NCBI GenBank assembly: GCA_038204425.1 | Contig: JBBRCZ010000003.1 | Location: 64,001 to 128,000, forward strand | Origin: Spirochaetia bacterium | GTDB taxonomy: Bacteria; Spirochaetota; Spirochaetia; DSM-27196; Salinispiraceae | Reading direction: 5' to 3' | Length of the DNA stretch: 64,000 nt | Shown here: in pieces, positions 19,865 to 30,028 of the stretch | Numbering within the stretch: the stretch's first letter is position 1 | Layout of the letters: every line of letters starts with the position of its first letter | Notes under the pieces: model-generated | What the model was told of the DNA's origin: nothing | The model's input: the letters and a program-made list of their open reading frames with translations, nothing else | The model's database searches: none | Translations under genes and position numbers: made by a program

Positions 19865-20685
19865 ATAGATCCAAAACAGCCAGGCCAAGTCTTGCTATGG
19901 CAAGGCCGGCGGCAAAGCCAAGGCCGGCGCCTAAGCCACAAAAAAAGTACCCCAGCGCGCTAACCATTCCATGTCAACAGCTTCTGAGCAAGGGGCTAAA
20001 GCAGCTTGGTTTTGAGACTAGTGGTAAACTTTTTGATGATATACAAGCATTTTTAGCAGAACTTGAACTTTGGAACCCCAATTTGGGACTTGTTGAAGCC
20101 GGCAGTGAGGATTTAATTGTCAAACACGTTCTTGATAGTCTCGCGGCCTACCCAGTTTTTGCACACTATGCTCAAGACCTGTCGGATGACCAACCCTACC
20201 TGGATGTGGGATCCGGCGCCGGTTTTCCCGCACTGCTGCTCTTGCTTGCACAACGAGCTTTGACAGGCAGCTGCGTTGCGGCCGTACTTGTTGATAAGCA
20301 ACAACGACGTTGCCAGTTTTTGTCCAATGCTATAGCGCGCCTTGGTTTGAGCTCACGCGTCAAAGTAAGTCAAGAACTTGTAGAAAAGCTCGACCGTCAT
20401 CACTTTGGCTTACTCACGGCGCGGGCGTTTAAACCTTTGGACCAAGAATGCTTGGCTGTGCTTAACGACAGTTTGCATCCGAGCGGGACGATGATACTGT
20501 TCAAAGGACGCCGAGAAAAGGTGCGGCAAGAATGTCTTGACGCCAAGCTGGGCGTGCCTAACAACCTTGATGATCTACAAAAATACCCAGCAGTCGGATG
20601 TGCTATCATGCCACTCAAGGTACCATTTCTTAATGAAGAAAGGCACTTGCTCATTATTAGCCACCCTGGGACTGCAACTTATTGA
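19861..20685 (+). CDS. rsmG: 16S rRNA m7G527 methyltransferase (GidB)
   Basis: KHVLDSL, LDVGSGAGFP and TARAF, directly following mnmG. The start is uncertain (alternative ATG 19897). Confidence 0.93.
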   Translation: MNRSKTARPSLAMARPAAKPRPAPKPQKKYPSALTIPCQQLLSKGLKQLGFETSGKLFDDIQAFLAELELWNPNLGLVEAGSEDLIVKHVLDSLAAYPVFAHYAQDLSDDQPYLDVGSGAGFPALLLLLAQRALTGSCVAAVLVDKQQRRCQFLSNAIARLGLSSRVKVSQELVEKLDRHHFGLLTARAFKPLDQECLAVLNDSLHPSGTMILFKGRREKVRQECLDAKLGVPNNLDDLQKYPAVGCAIMPLKVPFLNEERHLLIISHPGTATY

Positions 20686-22030
20686 TATGCTTCATCAGGC
20701 CATCTTTGTCGACAAGGTCAATCGAGCGAGCTTCCACAAACTTAAAGGCAGTTTCAGAAAAGCTACCGGCACTTACACAAAAAGCCCTGCCAGCTTTAAG
20801 ATCCTTAGACTTGGTGTAAAGATCTCTCAGTACAAATTCACCCACTACGCCGGTCGACCGCATGTAGCGAAATAATATCAGGTCTTCCCAACTGGGGGTT
20901 TCCACCTCTGCCAAAATATCAGCAAAATCACCCTTGTCAATAAAAATATCTACAATCTTGGTTCGAGCCTTAGAAAAGAAGCCGGCTGACAAGCGTCTAC
21001 AAAGGCTTACAAAATCACTTGGGCCGCCAATCAAATACGCTTTGAGTAGATCGTTTCGAGAAAGTTCCACACTGCTTTTGATCTGGGTGGCGACATCTTT
21101 GTAGTCGGGAGCTATGTCGTAGATTACGTGCAAATATTTGAGAGCTTCGGCGATATCTTGTTTTTTCATCAAGGCACTTGCAAGACGATAGTTGAGTTCC
21201 AGAAACACTTCTGGACGAATGGTGGCATGCTTGAGGCCAATCTCAAAGTCGAGCTGAGCTTCGTCATAGGATTTTGCTTTTAAGTGAATGCTGCCAGCCA
21301 TGAGTGAGGCTTGTGGTCCAAAACTAGGATCAGGACGAAGGTGACTAAAGAGCTGCACAGCCATTTCAAGTTGGCCATTCTCAAAATATGAAGAGGCAAG
21401 ATAATATATCGTTTCCTTGTCGTCCATACGTTGATCAATAACGGCTTTGAGCCGTTCTATGGCTTCTTTGTAACGTTTAAGTCTAAAGAGAGCCATGCCT
21501 AACATTTTTTTGGCGTCAAGATTGTCATGGTTGCCGCTGATGGCACCAGAGAGAATCATAGTGGCTCGCTCGTAGTTCTTACGGTGATATTCTAAACTAC
21601 CGAGATGAAAATTAACTTCGTAGACTTCGGGCTTGATGGCGTGGGCAACCGAGAGGGACTGGTAAGCATCATCATATTTTTTGAGATTCATGGAGCTAAT
21701 ACCGAGTCGCATGTTTATCTCAAATTCTTCTTCTTCATTGTTTCCGGAAAGCCCCTCTAGTATTGAGGAATAAGCAATATGGGCTTTCTCCCATTCGGCA
21801 TCGTTAAAGTAGATGTCGGCCAAAATCATCAAAGCGCCAGCATCCTTTGGGTTTTGAGCAAGACGTTTGCTGGCGTCCTTTAGAAGCTGTTCTTTGCTTT
21901 TGTTGTTTCGCTTCTTTTTCTTCTGCGACCCTGAGCCTTTTCCACGCAAAAAGCTAACAAGTACAATTACCAAGAGCGCTGTTACAAATAGACCGAGAAC
22001 TACAAAAACTATGGGTGATACTGGCAGCAT
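20657..22030 (-). CDS. Membrane-anchored TPR protein with C-terminal Mrr-like restriction-endonuclease-fold domain
   Basis: N-terminal TM, multiple TPR-like repeats and a C-terminal Mrr_cat-like pattern (VGEFVLRDL...FSETAFKFVEARSIDLVD). Confidence 0.75.
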   Translation of the reverse strand: MLPVSPIVFVVLGLFVTALLVIVLVSFLRGKGSGSQKKKKRNNKSKEQLLKDASKRLAQNPKDAGALMILADIYFNDAEWEKAHIAYSSILEGLSGNNEEEEFEINMRLGISSMNLKKYDDAYQSLSVAHAIKPEVYEVNFHLGSLEYHRKNYERATMILSGAISGNHDNLDAKKMLGMALFRLKRYKEAIERLKAVIDQRMDDKETIYYLASSYFENGQLEMAVQLFSHLRPDPSFGPQASLMAGSIHLKAKSYDEAQLDFEIGLKHATIRPEVFLELNYRLASALMKKQDIAEALKYLHVIYDIAPDYKDVATQIKSSVELSRNDLLKAYLIGGPSDFVSLCRRLSAGFFSKARTKIVDIFIDKGDFADILAEVETPSWEDLILFRYMRSTGVVGEFVLRDLYTKSKDLKAGRAFCVSAGSFSETAFKFVEARSIDLVDKDGLMKHINKLQSQGG

Positions 22031-22132
22031 GCTATCATTATTTTATCCAGCCAGCTCGCTTGTCAAGCGATGCATGCTTTTACTACAATGAATCCGATTT
22101 TATAGACCTAGAACCTGCAAAGAGGCACAAAA

Positions 22133-22612
22133 ATGATCGCAGTCAAAAACGCCGATGGTAGCTTTGCACCAGTAATTGACGAGACTCCGCATAGCACTGT
22201 CGAACTTGACCTCAATTGGGTTCGATCAGACCAAGCCAAAGCGGAAATCCGCCTCTACAAACTCAAGGCAAGTGGCCAGGCCGCAGATGAGCTGGGTATG
22301 CTTGTTGTTAAAGACCTGCCCGAAAATTCCTTTGGCGCCGGTGTGATAAAGCTCAACTTGTCGATCGACACTAATGGTGACCTATGTGCTCAGGCCGGTT
22401 TGCTTGGTGAACCTGCTGTTAGTGCTCGATTTCCCTTAGCCATCCCAAAAAAAATTGAAAAAACTGAAAAAGTTGAAAAAAAAATCGAGAAAATTGTCAA
22501 AAGTAAAGCCAAAGGCCGCTCATTTCCCTATAGAATTTTGGCAATTGCCATGTTGGTATTGAGCGCCCTGCAGGTTATTGCGATAACTTTGCGTATTAGC
22601 AACTTTTGGTAA
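22133..22612 (+). CDS. Hypothetical protein with Hsp70 substrate-binding-like N-terminal domain and C-terminal TM
   Basis: RSDQAKAEIRLY...IKLNLSIDTNGDL resembles the DnaK beta-SBD. A Lys-rich linker and a TM helix follow. Confidence 0.6.
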   Translation: MIAVKNADGSFAPVIDETPHSTVELDLNWVRSDQAKAEIRLYKLKASGQAADELGMLVVKDLPENSFGAGVIKLNLSIDTNGDLCAQAGLLGEPAVSARFPLAIPKKIEKTEKVEKKIEKIVKSKAKGRSFPYRILAIAMLVLSALQVIAITLRISNFW

Positions 22613-22622
22613 AGGAACGTTA

Positions 22623-25058
22623 ATGACTAGGGTTGGCGCACTATTTTTTTATAAGCCGCTTGGACTGCTTATTGTTTTTGGATCAATCTTATCCTTGGCT
22701 AGTTGCCTTGGCTTTGATCAGGCTTATGTGACCGCTCGGCAAAATGAGTTACGACAATTACTACAAGACAACAATTCCAAAAATTTGTTGGACAAGGTAT
22801 CTGACCGGTCTTGGGCAAACGGCCTGAGGGAGATTGCTCCAGGCGCAGCTTATAGCATTGGGCTCAAACTACAAGAGATGCAAGCCTTGGATCAAGCGCA
22901 CATGATGTTTGAACAGCAGCTGCAAAACAATGAACCTGATTGGCAGGCCCTTGCGTTTTTGAGCTGGCTTAGACTAAGTGCTCAAGCTCAGCCTGCTCAA
23001 ATAGTAGCCAGCTCAAAAGAATTCTTTTTGACACTCGACACAGAAAGTCGCTATTTTGCGGAAGCGCGGCTCTTGTTTTTTCGTACGGTGATTGCGGCAC
23101 AAATTTCCTTGGAAGATTGGCTTGGACTTGAGTCCACCGTTGACCAAGCAATCAATAGTATCCAAGTCCAAGTTGCAAGTGGCTCGCAAGCCAACGCCTT
23201 ACTATCACTCGCGTCAGATACCATCCCAGACTGGCTAATCTATGCCAAAATCCGCTTGCTACTTAAAGGCAATCATCCTGAGCAAGCGCAGTACGCAGCG
23301 CACTATGTGCTTTTTTTTGACCCGCAGAAGGATCAACTAAATCTTCAGAACCAATTGCTCGCCCAAGGTCTGATTGCACAGGAAGGCGGTCAGTGGCCAC
23401 ATGCTCAAATACTGGCCAATCTTTTTCAGATAAAAAGACTTGTTTTGGAGCAGAAACCTTTGCAAGCATGGGAACTTGCAAAGCTTGTTTTGAGCCAAAA
23501 GTCACAACTAATTGGCCTACTTAAGTGGTTTGCGGGAGACCGCCAAGGCTTGGACAGCGTGTTTGGCAAGAGCTTCTCTAGACCAGAAGCATTGTTTAGA
23601 GACTTCTACCAAGCTGCTCGCTTAGCCGGTCGTTTTAGCGAAGGTATAGATCTGTTTGAGGACTTGGCATCGTCAGTCTGGCAAGCAAGTCTACTCGGCA
23701 CTGCCAATTTCCAAAAGCTTGGCGGCGATCTGATGCGCTCATATCTTTATGAGATACAAGGACGATTGCATCGATTTAAAAACGATCACCGCGCAGCAGC
23801 TCTGTCGTTTGGAGTCGCGTTAGAACTTTCTTATCAACTTGAAAAGGATCAGCACATCAGTCCAAGTGACCGACGTCGTCAACAATGGTATCAACTGCGT
23901 TCTTTGACGGACCTTAGTCAAGAACCTGGCACAGTACTGTTTGATTCACAAGAAATTATCAAAATAGTAAGGCAGACCGATGACTTCGAATACTTTGCCG
24001 ATGTTTTTGAACGCATACTCTTGATTTTGGGGCAACGCCGAGAGTGGGCCGACTTGTTAACCATCTATCAAGCATGCTCTGACTATATGGATGAAACTAC
24101 TCGCTTTCGTTATCAAATAGTTTTGATTAGAGCACAGAATCTATCCCAAGCTGCAGCTCCAAAAAATGAGATTCTAAAAACCAAGTGGCTGAAAGAATTA
24201 CACCGCCAGCGCAGATCACTGTACTATTATGCCCTAGCGGCTCACGAACTTGAAGAGCCAATTGACTTGGCACAATTCATTGATGAGAACCCAGGTAAGA
24301 TTATAGATCAAGCAGATTCGCTAGAGACATCAGCGCTTGGTTTGGAACCAGTTGCAAAAACTTTGCTAGTGCTCGGCCTTTATAAGCAGGCAAGTACCTT
24401 TGTGTGGGACAATAGACGTCAGCTGTCCTCGCAGTTTCAGTTGGGTATAAGTCGTGAGCTCGCTGCAACCGGCCTATATCGGGATGCAATTAGGTTGGCT
24501 GATAGTCTACGACTGCGCTTTGGACTTCCGCAACGGCAAGAGAGTCTAATGATTTTTTATCCACGCCCGCACAGACGAGAGTTTGATCTTGCTTTGATAG
24601 AAAGCCCGCAACCCTGGTGGTTGTTTACTTCTCTGGTACGCACAGAGTCGGCCTTTGATTCTATTGCCAAATCGGGGCCTGGCGCCGAGGGACTCGCTCA
24701 GCTTATGCCAGCTACTGCTACCGAGCTCGCGCAAAGACTCAAGATTGATCAATCTGAAATTGGTTTACCAAGCAACAATTTACGTATGGGCGCTCGTTAC
24801 CTAAGTGAACAGTGGCAGCGTTTTTCCAACTGGGCCATGGCCTTGGCGGCCTATAATGCAGGTCGCGGCCGTGTAAGTTCTTGGAGAACAAGTGGCTTCA
24901 CCGATGATTCAGCTGTTTTTGTAGAAATCATGCCTTTTGCAGAAACTCGCAACTACGTGCGCAGAGTCTTTGAAAACTCGCTGATTTACGCTTGGCTTTA
25001 TGATGGCCAATCTGGCGATGTCACCCTTAAGCAACTTTTGTTTAATAGTAAACTTTGA
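22623..25058 (+). CDS. Soluble lytic transglycosylase (SLT) lipoprotein
   Basis: Lipobox LASC and C-terminal RTES (catalytic Glu), GLAQLMP, AAYNAG and ETRNYV. Confidence 0.9.
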   Translation: MTRVGALFFYKPLGLLIVFGSILSLASCLGFDQAYVTARQNELRQLLQDNNSKNLLDKVSDRSWANGLREIAPGAAYSIGLKLQEMQALDQAHMMFEQQLQNNEPDWQALAFLSWLRLSAQAQPAQIVASSKEFFLTLDTESRYFAEARLLFFRTVIAAQISLEDWLGLESTVDQAINSIQVQVASGSQANALLSLASDTIPDWLIYAKIRLLLKGNHPEQAQYAAHYVLFFDPQKDQLNLQNQLLAQGLIAQEGGQWPHAQILANLFQIKRLVLEQKPLQAWELAKLVLSQKSQLIGLLKWFAGDRQGLDSVFGKSFSRPEALFRDFYQAARLAGRFSEGIDLFEDLASSVWQASLLGTANFQKLGGDLMRSYLYEIQGRLHRFKNDHRAAALSFGVALELSYQLEKDQHISPSDRRRQQWYQLRSLTDLSQEPGTVLFDSQEIIKIVRQTDDFEYFADVFERILLILGQRREWADLLTIYQACSDYMDETTRFRYQIVLIRAQNLSQAAAPKNEILKTKWLKELHRQRRSLYYYALAAHELEEPIDLAQFIDENPGKIIDQADSLETSALGLEPVAKTLLVLGLYKQASTFVWDNRRQLSSQFQLGISRELAATGLYRDAIRLADSLRLRFGLPQRQESLMIFYPRPHRREFDLALIESPQPWWLFTSLVRTESAFDSIAKSGPGAEGLAQLMPATATELAQRLKIDQSEIGLPSNNLRMGARYLSEQWQRFSNWAMALAAYNAGRGRVSSWRTSGFTDDSAVFVEIMPFAETRNYVRRVFENSLIYAWLYDGQSGDVTLKQLLFNSKL

Positions 25059-25125
25059 ACTGACTCAAAAAGCCGTTTTAGCCTTTGGCCAATCTACCGA
25101 CAATAGGTGTTGAGGGGAAAACTGA

Positions 25126-28092
25126 ATGACTCGAAGCATAAAAAAGGCTGCCGGTGGGATTTTTACTGGCTTGGGAATGGTTAGTCTGCTACTATTTTTT
25201 GTTGCAGCGCTCAGGATAGAGATGACCTTGGTTCCACTCTTTGCCTGGGGAGAACTTCTTTTTGCCGGACTGGGCTGGCTTGGGCTGTACTTTCCGATCT
25301 ATTTGATTGTTAGTGGATTGCTCTTATCAATTGACAAACTTAAAATGCATCTCTTGTTTAGACTGTCTGTGGGTTTTGTGCCCGTAATGTTCCTTGGAAC
25401 CTCGCTCAGGTTGATGTTTGATCCGAGCTGGCAAATTTCACCGTTTCCAGTCGCTTTGGCCAAAGCACTAACCTTGGAAGGTGCTGTTGTCGTGTGTGCG
25501 GCTTTGGCCTTGCTTGCCTTTATTGCTATTGTTCAAATGCCTGATTTCTTTTTAAAAAAACCAAGTAAGAGGCTCAGAAAAGAAACACTTAAAAAAGAAA
25601 CACTTAAAAAAGATGCAAGCGAGACGTTTGCCTTGTTACAAAAGCTAAGTTCCGAAAAAAGCGTGGGGCCAGAAGCCTCAGATGTCATTAGCAATGACGA
25701 GGTTTTGGGCGAGTCTATCAATGCCGGAGTCAGCGAACGAGTAGCAGATTTGGATGAGCTTGACGACGACCAAGACCTTGCTGAGCAAGGATTGTCAATT
25801 GGGCCTTCTGCCGTTGCTGAGTTTAGCCAAGGAGTTAAAGGTCGTCTGGAAAATGTGCTTCCAAGGAAAAACGATCTACCTGATATTGATGCGCCTTTGC
25901 ACAAAACTGAGAAGAGACGTCTCTGGGAAGAAGGCGAAGATCTGCAGTTTCCACAAGATGAGTATGATGAAATTTTGCACAAGCCAAGTAATGGTGGTCA
26001 GACGATTGCCACGCAAAGTTCGGCCTCCCGCATCGCAAACCAAGCTTTGGGCATCTTAAAGAGCATTACTGCATCACAAACTGGCTACGCGGTGAGTCCT
26101 CATGCGCAGGCAGCTACAGCGCTACTCGAACGCGAATTAGACGAGACTCAAGCAGACTCAGCAGCAGATGCGGATTTCGGATCCAATCTAAGCAGTGACT
26201 ATGTGCCGCATAGACAAATGTTTTTTAGCCCCGAGCTGGACTTGGAAGAAGAAGATACCGCACTTGAGGTTTATTTTAGCAAAGACGGAAGTATTAGTGA
26301 CTACCCACCTCAAGGCCGGGCTCAATGGACAACAAGCGTGGATGACCAAGACTTTGATGTGGAACTTGCACAATCGTCACAGCTCGAGGCAGAACTATCG
26401 ATTGCTCCAGAGACATCTAACGAGCCATCTGCACAGACAACTGCACAAATACCAATTGTAGGACTAGCAATTGTAGAAGTTCCGATGTTTGAAGAAGATG
26501 AGCTTTTGCATATCGAGTCCGCAAATTTAGAAGATAATCATGTTGCAGCTCAGGACTACCAACAACTTGATATTCCTGACTCAACGCTTGCAATGGAACT
26601 TAAACCAGCAGAACAGTCAGCAGTCAACACTGACCTCCTGCCACCTCTAAGTGTTAGTCCTCGCGAAAAAGAAATTCGTGGAGCCTACTATGTTCCTATT
26701 GAAGGCATCCTTGAGCCAGCAAAGAACCAAGAATACTGGCGCATCGACGAGCGAACTACCGCCGCTGCCGTGACCCTAAAGGCAACCTTACAAGAATTTG
26801 GCATAGAAGCCGAAGTAACAGGAATCCGCAAGGGACCAGTAATTACTATGTTTGAAATACTGCCAGCACCGGGGGTCAAACTTGCTCGAATTGTAAACCT
26901 TGCCGACAATATCGCACTTCGACTGGCGGCCTCAAGCGTACGTATTGTCGCACCAATTCCAGGTAAACATGCAGTTGGCATCGAAATTCCCAACAAAGAT
27001 CGTGCGGTTGTAAGTTTTGGAGAACTTTTGCTATCAGAAGGCTTTACGAGTTCCAAAGTGGCTATACCGGTAGCTTTGGGTAAAGACATTACGGGCGAAG
27101 CCCAAATTGTAGACCTCACTAAGACCCCTCATTTACTGATTGCCGGGGCCACCGGAAGTGGAAAGTCCGTCTGCGTTAATGCCTTAATCTGCTCTATCCT
27201 TTACCGCTGTAGTCCAGCCGAAGTCAACTTGATTTTGATTGATCCAAAGATTGTGGAACTTAAGTTCTACAACGACATTCCACACCTGCTTACTCCGGTC
27301 ATCACTGACCCAAAGAAGGCTTTTCAAGCCCTACAATGGTGTATTTTTGAAATGGAAAGGCGCTACAGTCTGCTTGATGCTATGCAGGTGCGTGACATTA
27401 AGAGCTTTAATGCCAAGATTATTAATCGTAAGATTGCCACACCCAAGCTTCCGTATTTGGTGGTGGTTATAGATGAGTTTGCCGACCTCATGGCCACCTC
27501 TGGCAAAGAGTTAGAAGGCACATTGGCCAGATTAGCCGCTATGAGCCGCGCTGTAGGTATTCACTTGGTTCTTGCAACTCAGCGACCATCTACCGATGTC
27601 ATCACCGGTTTGATTAAGGCCAATATACCAAGCAGAATCGCTTTTATGGTGTCCTCAAAAATTGACAGCCGAATAATAATCGACAGCATGGGTGCCGAAA
27701 AGCTCTTGGGCAAAGGCGACATGCTTTTTGCATCGGCTTGGGACCCGTTCCCTTTCCGCATGCAAGGTGCGCTCTTGTCAGAAGAAGAGGTAGAACGAGT
27801 AGTGGCTCATGTTAAAACACTAGGAAAGCCTGACTACATCGATGATGAAATATTCTTTGAAGATGATGAGATCGATCCCTTAGATAGTGACTACGGTGGT
27901 GATGAAGATACGCTCATGAAGCAGGCTATAGAAATAGTTATCAGTGCCAAAAAAGCAAGTGCGTCCTATCTGCAACGTAGACTCAAGATTGGCTACAATC
28001 GAGCCGCGCGTATGGTCGAGCAGATGGAAGAAATGGGAATAGTAGGACCAGGTCAAGGCTCAAAACCGCGAGAAATCCTGCGTATGTTTTAG
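25126..28092 (+). CDS. ftsK: DNA translocase FtsK
   Basis: N-terminal TMs, acidic linker, GATGSGKS, DEFADL and the gamma domain LQRRLKIGYNRAAR. Confidence 0.97.
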   Translation: MTRSIKKAAGGIFTGLGMVSLLLFFVAALRIEMTLVPLFAWGELLFAGLGWLGLYFPIYLIVSGLLLSIDKLKMHLLFRLSVGFVPVMFLGTSLRLMFDPSWQISPFPVALAKALTLEGAVVVCAALALLAFIAIVQMPDFFLKKPSKRLRKETLKKETLKKDASETFALLQKLSSEKSVGPEASDVISNDEVLGESINAGVSERVADLDELDDDQDLAEQGLSIGPSAVAEFSQGVKGRLENVLPRKNDLPDIDAPLHKTEKRRLWEEGEDLQFPQDEYDEILHKPSNGGQTIATQSSASRIANQALGILKSITASQTGYAVSPHAQAATALLERELDETQADSAADADFGSNLSSDYVPHRQMFFSPELDLEEEDTALEVYFSKDGSISDYPPQGRAQWTTSVDDQDFDVELAQSSQLEAELSIAPETSNEPSAQTTAQIPIVGLAIVEVPMFEEDELLHIESANLEDNHVAAQDYQQLDIPDSTLAMELKPAEQSAVNTDLLPPLSVSPREKEIRGAYYVPIEGILEPAKNQEYWRIDERTTAAAVTLKATLQEFGIEAEVTGIRKGPVITMFEILPAPGVKLARIVNLADNIALRLAASSVRIVAPIPGKHAVGIEIPNKDRAVVSFGELLLSEGFTSSKVAIPVALGKDITGEAQIVDLTKTPHLLIAGATGSGKSVCVNALICSILYRCSPAEVNLILIDPKIVELKFYNDIPHLLTPVITDPKKAFQALQWCIFEMERRYSLLDAMQVRDIKSFNAKIINRKIATPKLPYLVVVIDEFADLMATSGKELEGTLARLAAMSRAVGIHLVLATQRPSTDVITGLIKANIPSRIAFMVSSKIDSRIIIDSMGAEKLLGKGDMLFASAWDPFPFRMQGALLSEEEVERVVAHVKTLGKPDYIDDEIFFEDDEIDPLDSDYGGDEDTLMKQAIEIVISAKKASASYLQRRLKIGYNRAARMVEQMEEMGIVGPGQGSKPREILRMF

Positions 28093-28123
28093 ACCCAACT
28101 GGGTCGCGATTTGATCGCCACGT

Positions 28124-28156
28124 ATGGGTAGATTATTGCAACTATAATCTACCCAT
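28124..28156. terminator. Bidirectional terminator hairpin between ftsK and tRNA-Thr
   Basis: ATGGGTAGATTAT-tgcaact-ATAATCTACCCAT, a 13-bp perfect stem. Confidence 0.75.
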
Positions 28157-28172
28157 TTAGCGCTCTTTATTT

Positions 28173-28244
28173 AGCCACAGCGGGGAATCGGACCCCGGAC
28201 CTACGCTTTACGAGAGCGTCGCTCTACCCCTGAGCTACTGTGGC
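28173..28244 (-). tRNA. tRNA-Thr(CGT)
   Basis: The minus strand GCCACAGTAGCTCAGGGGTAGAGCGACGCTCTCGTAAAGCGTAGGTCCGGGGTCCGATTCCCCGCTGTGGCT folds as a cloverleaf with anticodon CGT. CCA is not encoded. Confidence 0.93.
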
Positions 28245-28316
28245 AGGCGCAGGTATACTAAACCAAAAAATCACCATCGTCCATACGTGTTTTGCTAATG
28301 CTAAGAGCCCATCTTT

Positions 28317-28324
28317 GCCGATAA
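28317..28324 (+). promoter_or_regulatory. Candidate sigma-28-type -10 element upstream of the rod genes
   Basis: A perfect GCCGATAA lies 7 nt before the ATG. I see no well-spaced TAAA -35. Confidence 0.45.
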
Positions 28325-28331
28325 CTAAGCT

Positions 28332-29198
28332 ATGATACGAGGACTATATACCGGAGCCAGTGGCATGGTGGCCCAACAAGCTAGACTTGACACTATTTCT
28401 AACAACCTTGCCAACGTCGATACCACCGGCTACAAAGCCGATCAATCTATTCATAAGGCGTTTCCCCAGCTCTTATTGCGTAGAATGAATACTAATGTGG
28501 TTGGCATTCCGCCCAGTGGCAACATGCCACTTATGGGTTCTGTTGACAAGGCGCCTGTGGTAGGCAAGCTTGGTACGGGCGTAGAACACAATGAAGTTTT
28601 TACACTCTATCAACAAGGAGCCATGAAAGAAACCAAAAACCCGTTTGATATAGCTCTCAACGGCAGTGGTTTTTTTACCGTTATGACGCCTGACGGTGAG
28701 CGCCTGACGCGCAATGGCAGCTTTATGCTTGGCCCCGAGGGTTTGATAGTCAGCAAAGAGGGTTTTCCATTAATGGGCGAAAACGGCCCCTTACAGATGA
28801 AGCTCAATAACGTCGTAATTGATGAAGACGGCAAAGTGTTTCAAAACAATAAGTTTGCCTTTGATCTTCGCAGATTGGTGTCTATGCAGGAGAATGAGTG
28901 GGAAGACACAATTATGGCTGACAGGCTCAAAATGGTTCAAGTTGAGCAACCGAGGTACTTACAAAAACAAGGTAGCAGTCTCTACAACACCAACGAACAT
29001 TCTGGCGAAGCATTTATAATTCCTGATGATAATAGACCCAAGGTAATACAAGGCTTTCTCGAAGCATCAAATGTAAATCCAGTCAGTGAAATGGTCAAAA
29101 TGATTGAAGTTAATCGCGCCTATGAGGCATGTCAAAAGGTTATTCAGTCAGAAGACCAAGCGAGTGAAAAATTATTAAACCAGGTCTTCAAGGTCTGA
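28332..29198 (+). CDS. flhO: Flagellar basal-body rod protein FlhO/FlgF
   Basis: ISNNLANVDTTGYK and LEASNVNPVSEMV rod motifs, upstream of flgG. Confidence 0.88.
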   Translation: MIRGLYTGASGMVAQQARLDTISNNLANVDTTGYKADQSIHKAFPQLLLRRMNTNVVGIPPSGNMPLMGSVDKAPVVGKLGTGVEHNEVFTLYQQGAMKETKNPFDIALNGSGFFTVMTPDGERLTRNGSFMLGPEGLIVSKEGFPLMGENGPLQMKLNNVVIDEDGKVFQNNKFAFDLRRLVSMQENEWEDTIMADRLKMVQVEQPRYLQKQGSSLYNTNEHSGEAFIIPDDNRPKVIQGFLEASNVNPVSEMVKMIEVNRAYEACQKVIQSEDQASEKLLNQVFKV

Positions 29199-29210
29199 TA
29201 GGAGTTAGCT

Positions 29211-30005
29211 ATGGTACGATCACTGTGGACCGCTGCATCCGGCATGACTGCGCAGCAATTTAATATTGATACGATTTCAAACAACCTTTCAAACGTCAAT
29301 ACTAGTGGCTTTAAGAAGAACCGAGCGGATTTTGAAGACTTGCTCTACCAGACAAGTCGAAGCGCCGGTACGCCAGCGACTGAGTTTACTTTGGTTCCCG
29401 TAGGGGTTCAGGTTGGTCACGGTGTCAGAGTTGCAGCTACCCAAAAGCTGCATACTCAAGGTTCGTTACAAAACACCAACAATGTCAGTGATATTGCTAT
29501 CCAGGGTGAAGGTATGTTTAAAGTTCTGCTCTACGATGGGACCTTTGGTTACACCCGCGACGGTGCATTTAAAATTGATGCTAATGGCCAGTTCGTTTCT
29601 TCAAACGGCTATCGACTAATGCCTGAGATCACCTTACCAGAAGGGTTCTTGCGAGAGACGATTTCCGTTGACCAACGTGGTGAGGTTACCTGCAAAATCC
29701 CGGGTAGGGACGACCCTATAGTGGTTGGCCAGTTAGAACTCAATCGCTTTGTCAACCCAGCAGGTCTACAAGCCATTGGGCAGAATCTACTCAAGGTAAC
29801 TAGCGCATCAGGTGAACCGATAAGCGGCAGACCCGGCTATGACGGCATGGGTCAGACAGTGCACCGATTTTTGGAGATGTCCAACGTAGAAATAGTGCAG
29901 GAAATGGTAAGCATGATTGTTGCCCAGCGAGCTTATGAGTTTAACTCAAAGACTATTCAAGCTAGCGACAACATGCTCGGCATTGCAGCCAACCTCAAGC
30001 GTTAA
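29211..30005 (+). CDS. flgG: Flagellar basal-body rod protein FlgG
   Basis: SLWTAASGM, NRADFEDLLYQ and LEMSNV...QRAYEFNSK. Confidence 0.96.
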   Translation: MVRSLWTAASGMTAQQFNIDTISNNLSNVNTSGFKKNRADFEDLLYQTSRSAGTPATEFTLVPVGVQVGHGVRVAATQKLHTQGSLQNTNNVSDIAIQGEGMFKVLLYDGTFGYTRDGAFKIDANGQFVSSNGYRLMPEITLPEGFLRETISVDQRGEVTCKIPGRDDPIVVGQLELNRFVNPAGLQAIGQNLLKVTSASGEPISGRPGYDGMGQTVHRFLEMSNVEIVQEMVSMIVAQRAYEFNSKTIQASDNMLGIAANLKR

Positions 30006-30028
30006 GCTTGGTGATTAAGGATTAAACT

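Noticed and set aside
16401..20685. oriC near mnmE-mnmG-rsmG
   Set aside because: There is no sizeable intergenic region, no DnaA-box cluster that I could see, and no dnaA or parAB.
28092..28118. Two small hairpins right after the ftsK stop
   Set aside because: The stems are only 5 bp, and the adjacent 13-bp terminator explains the region.
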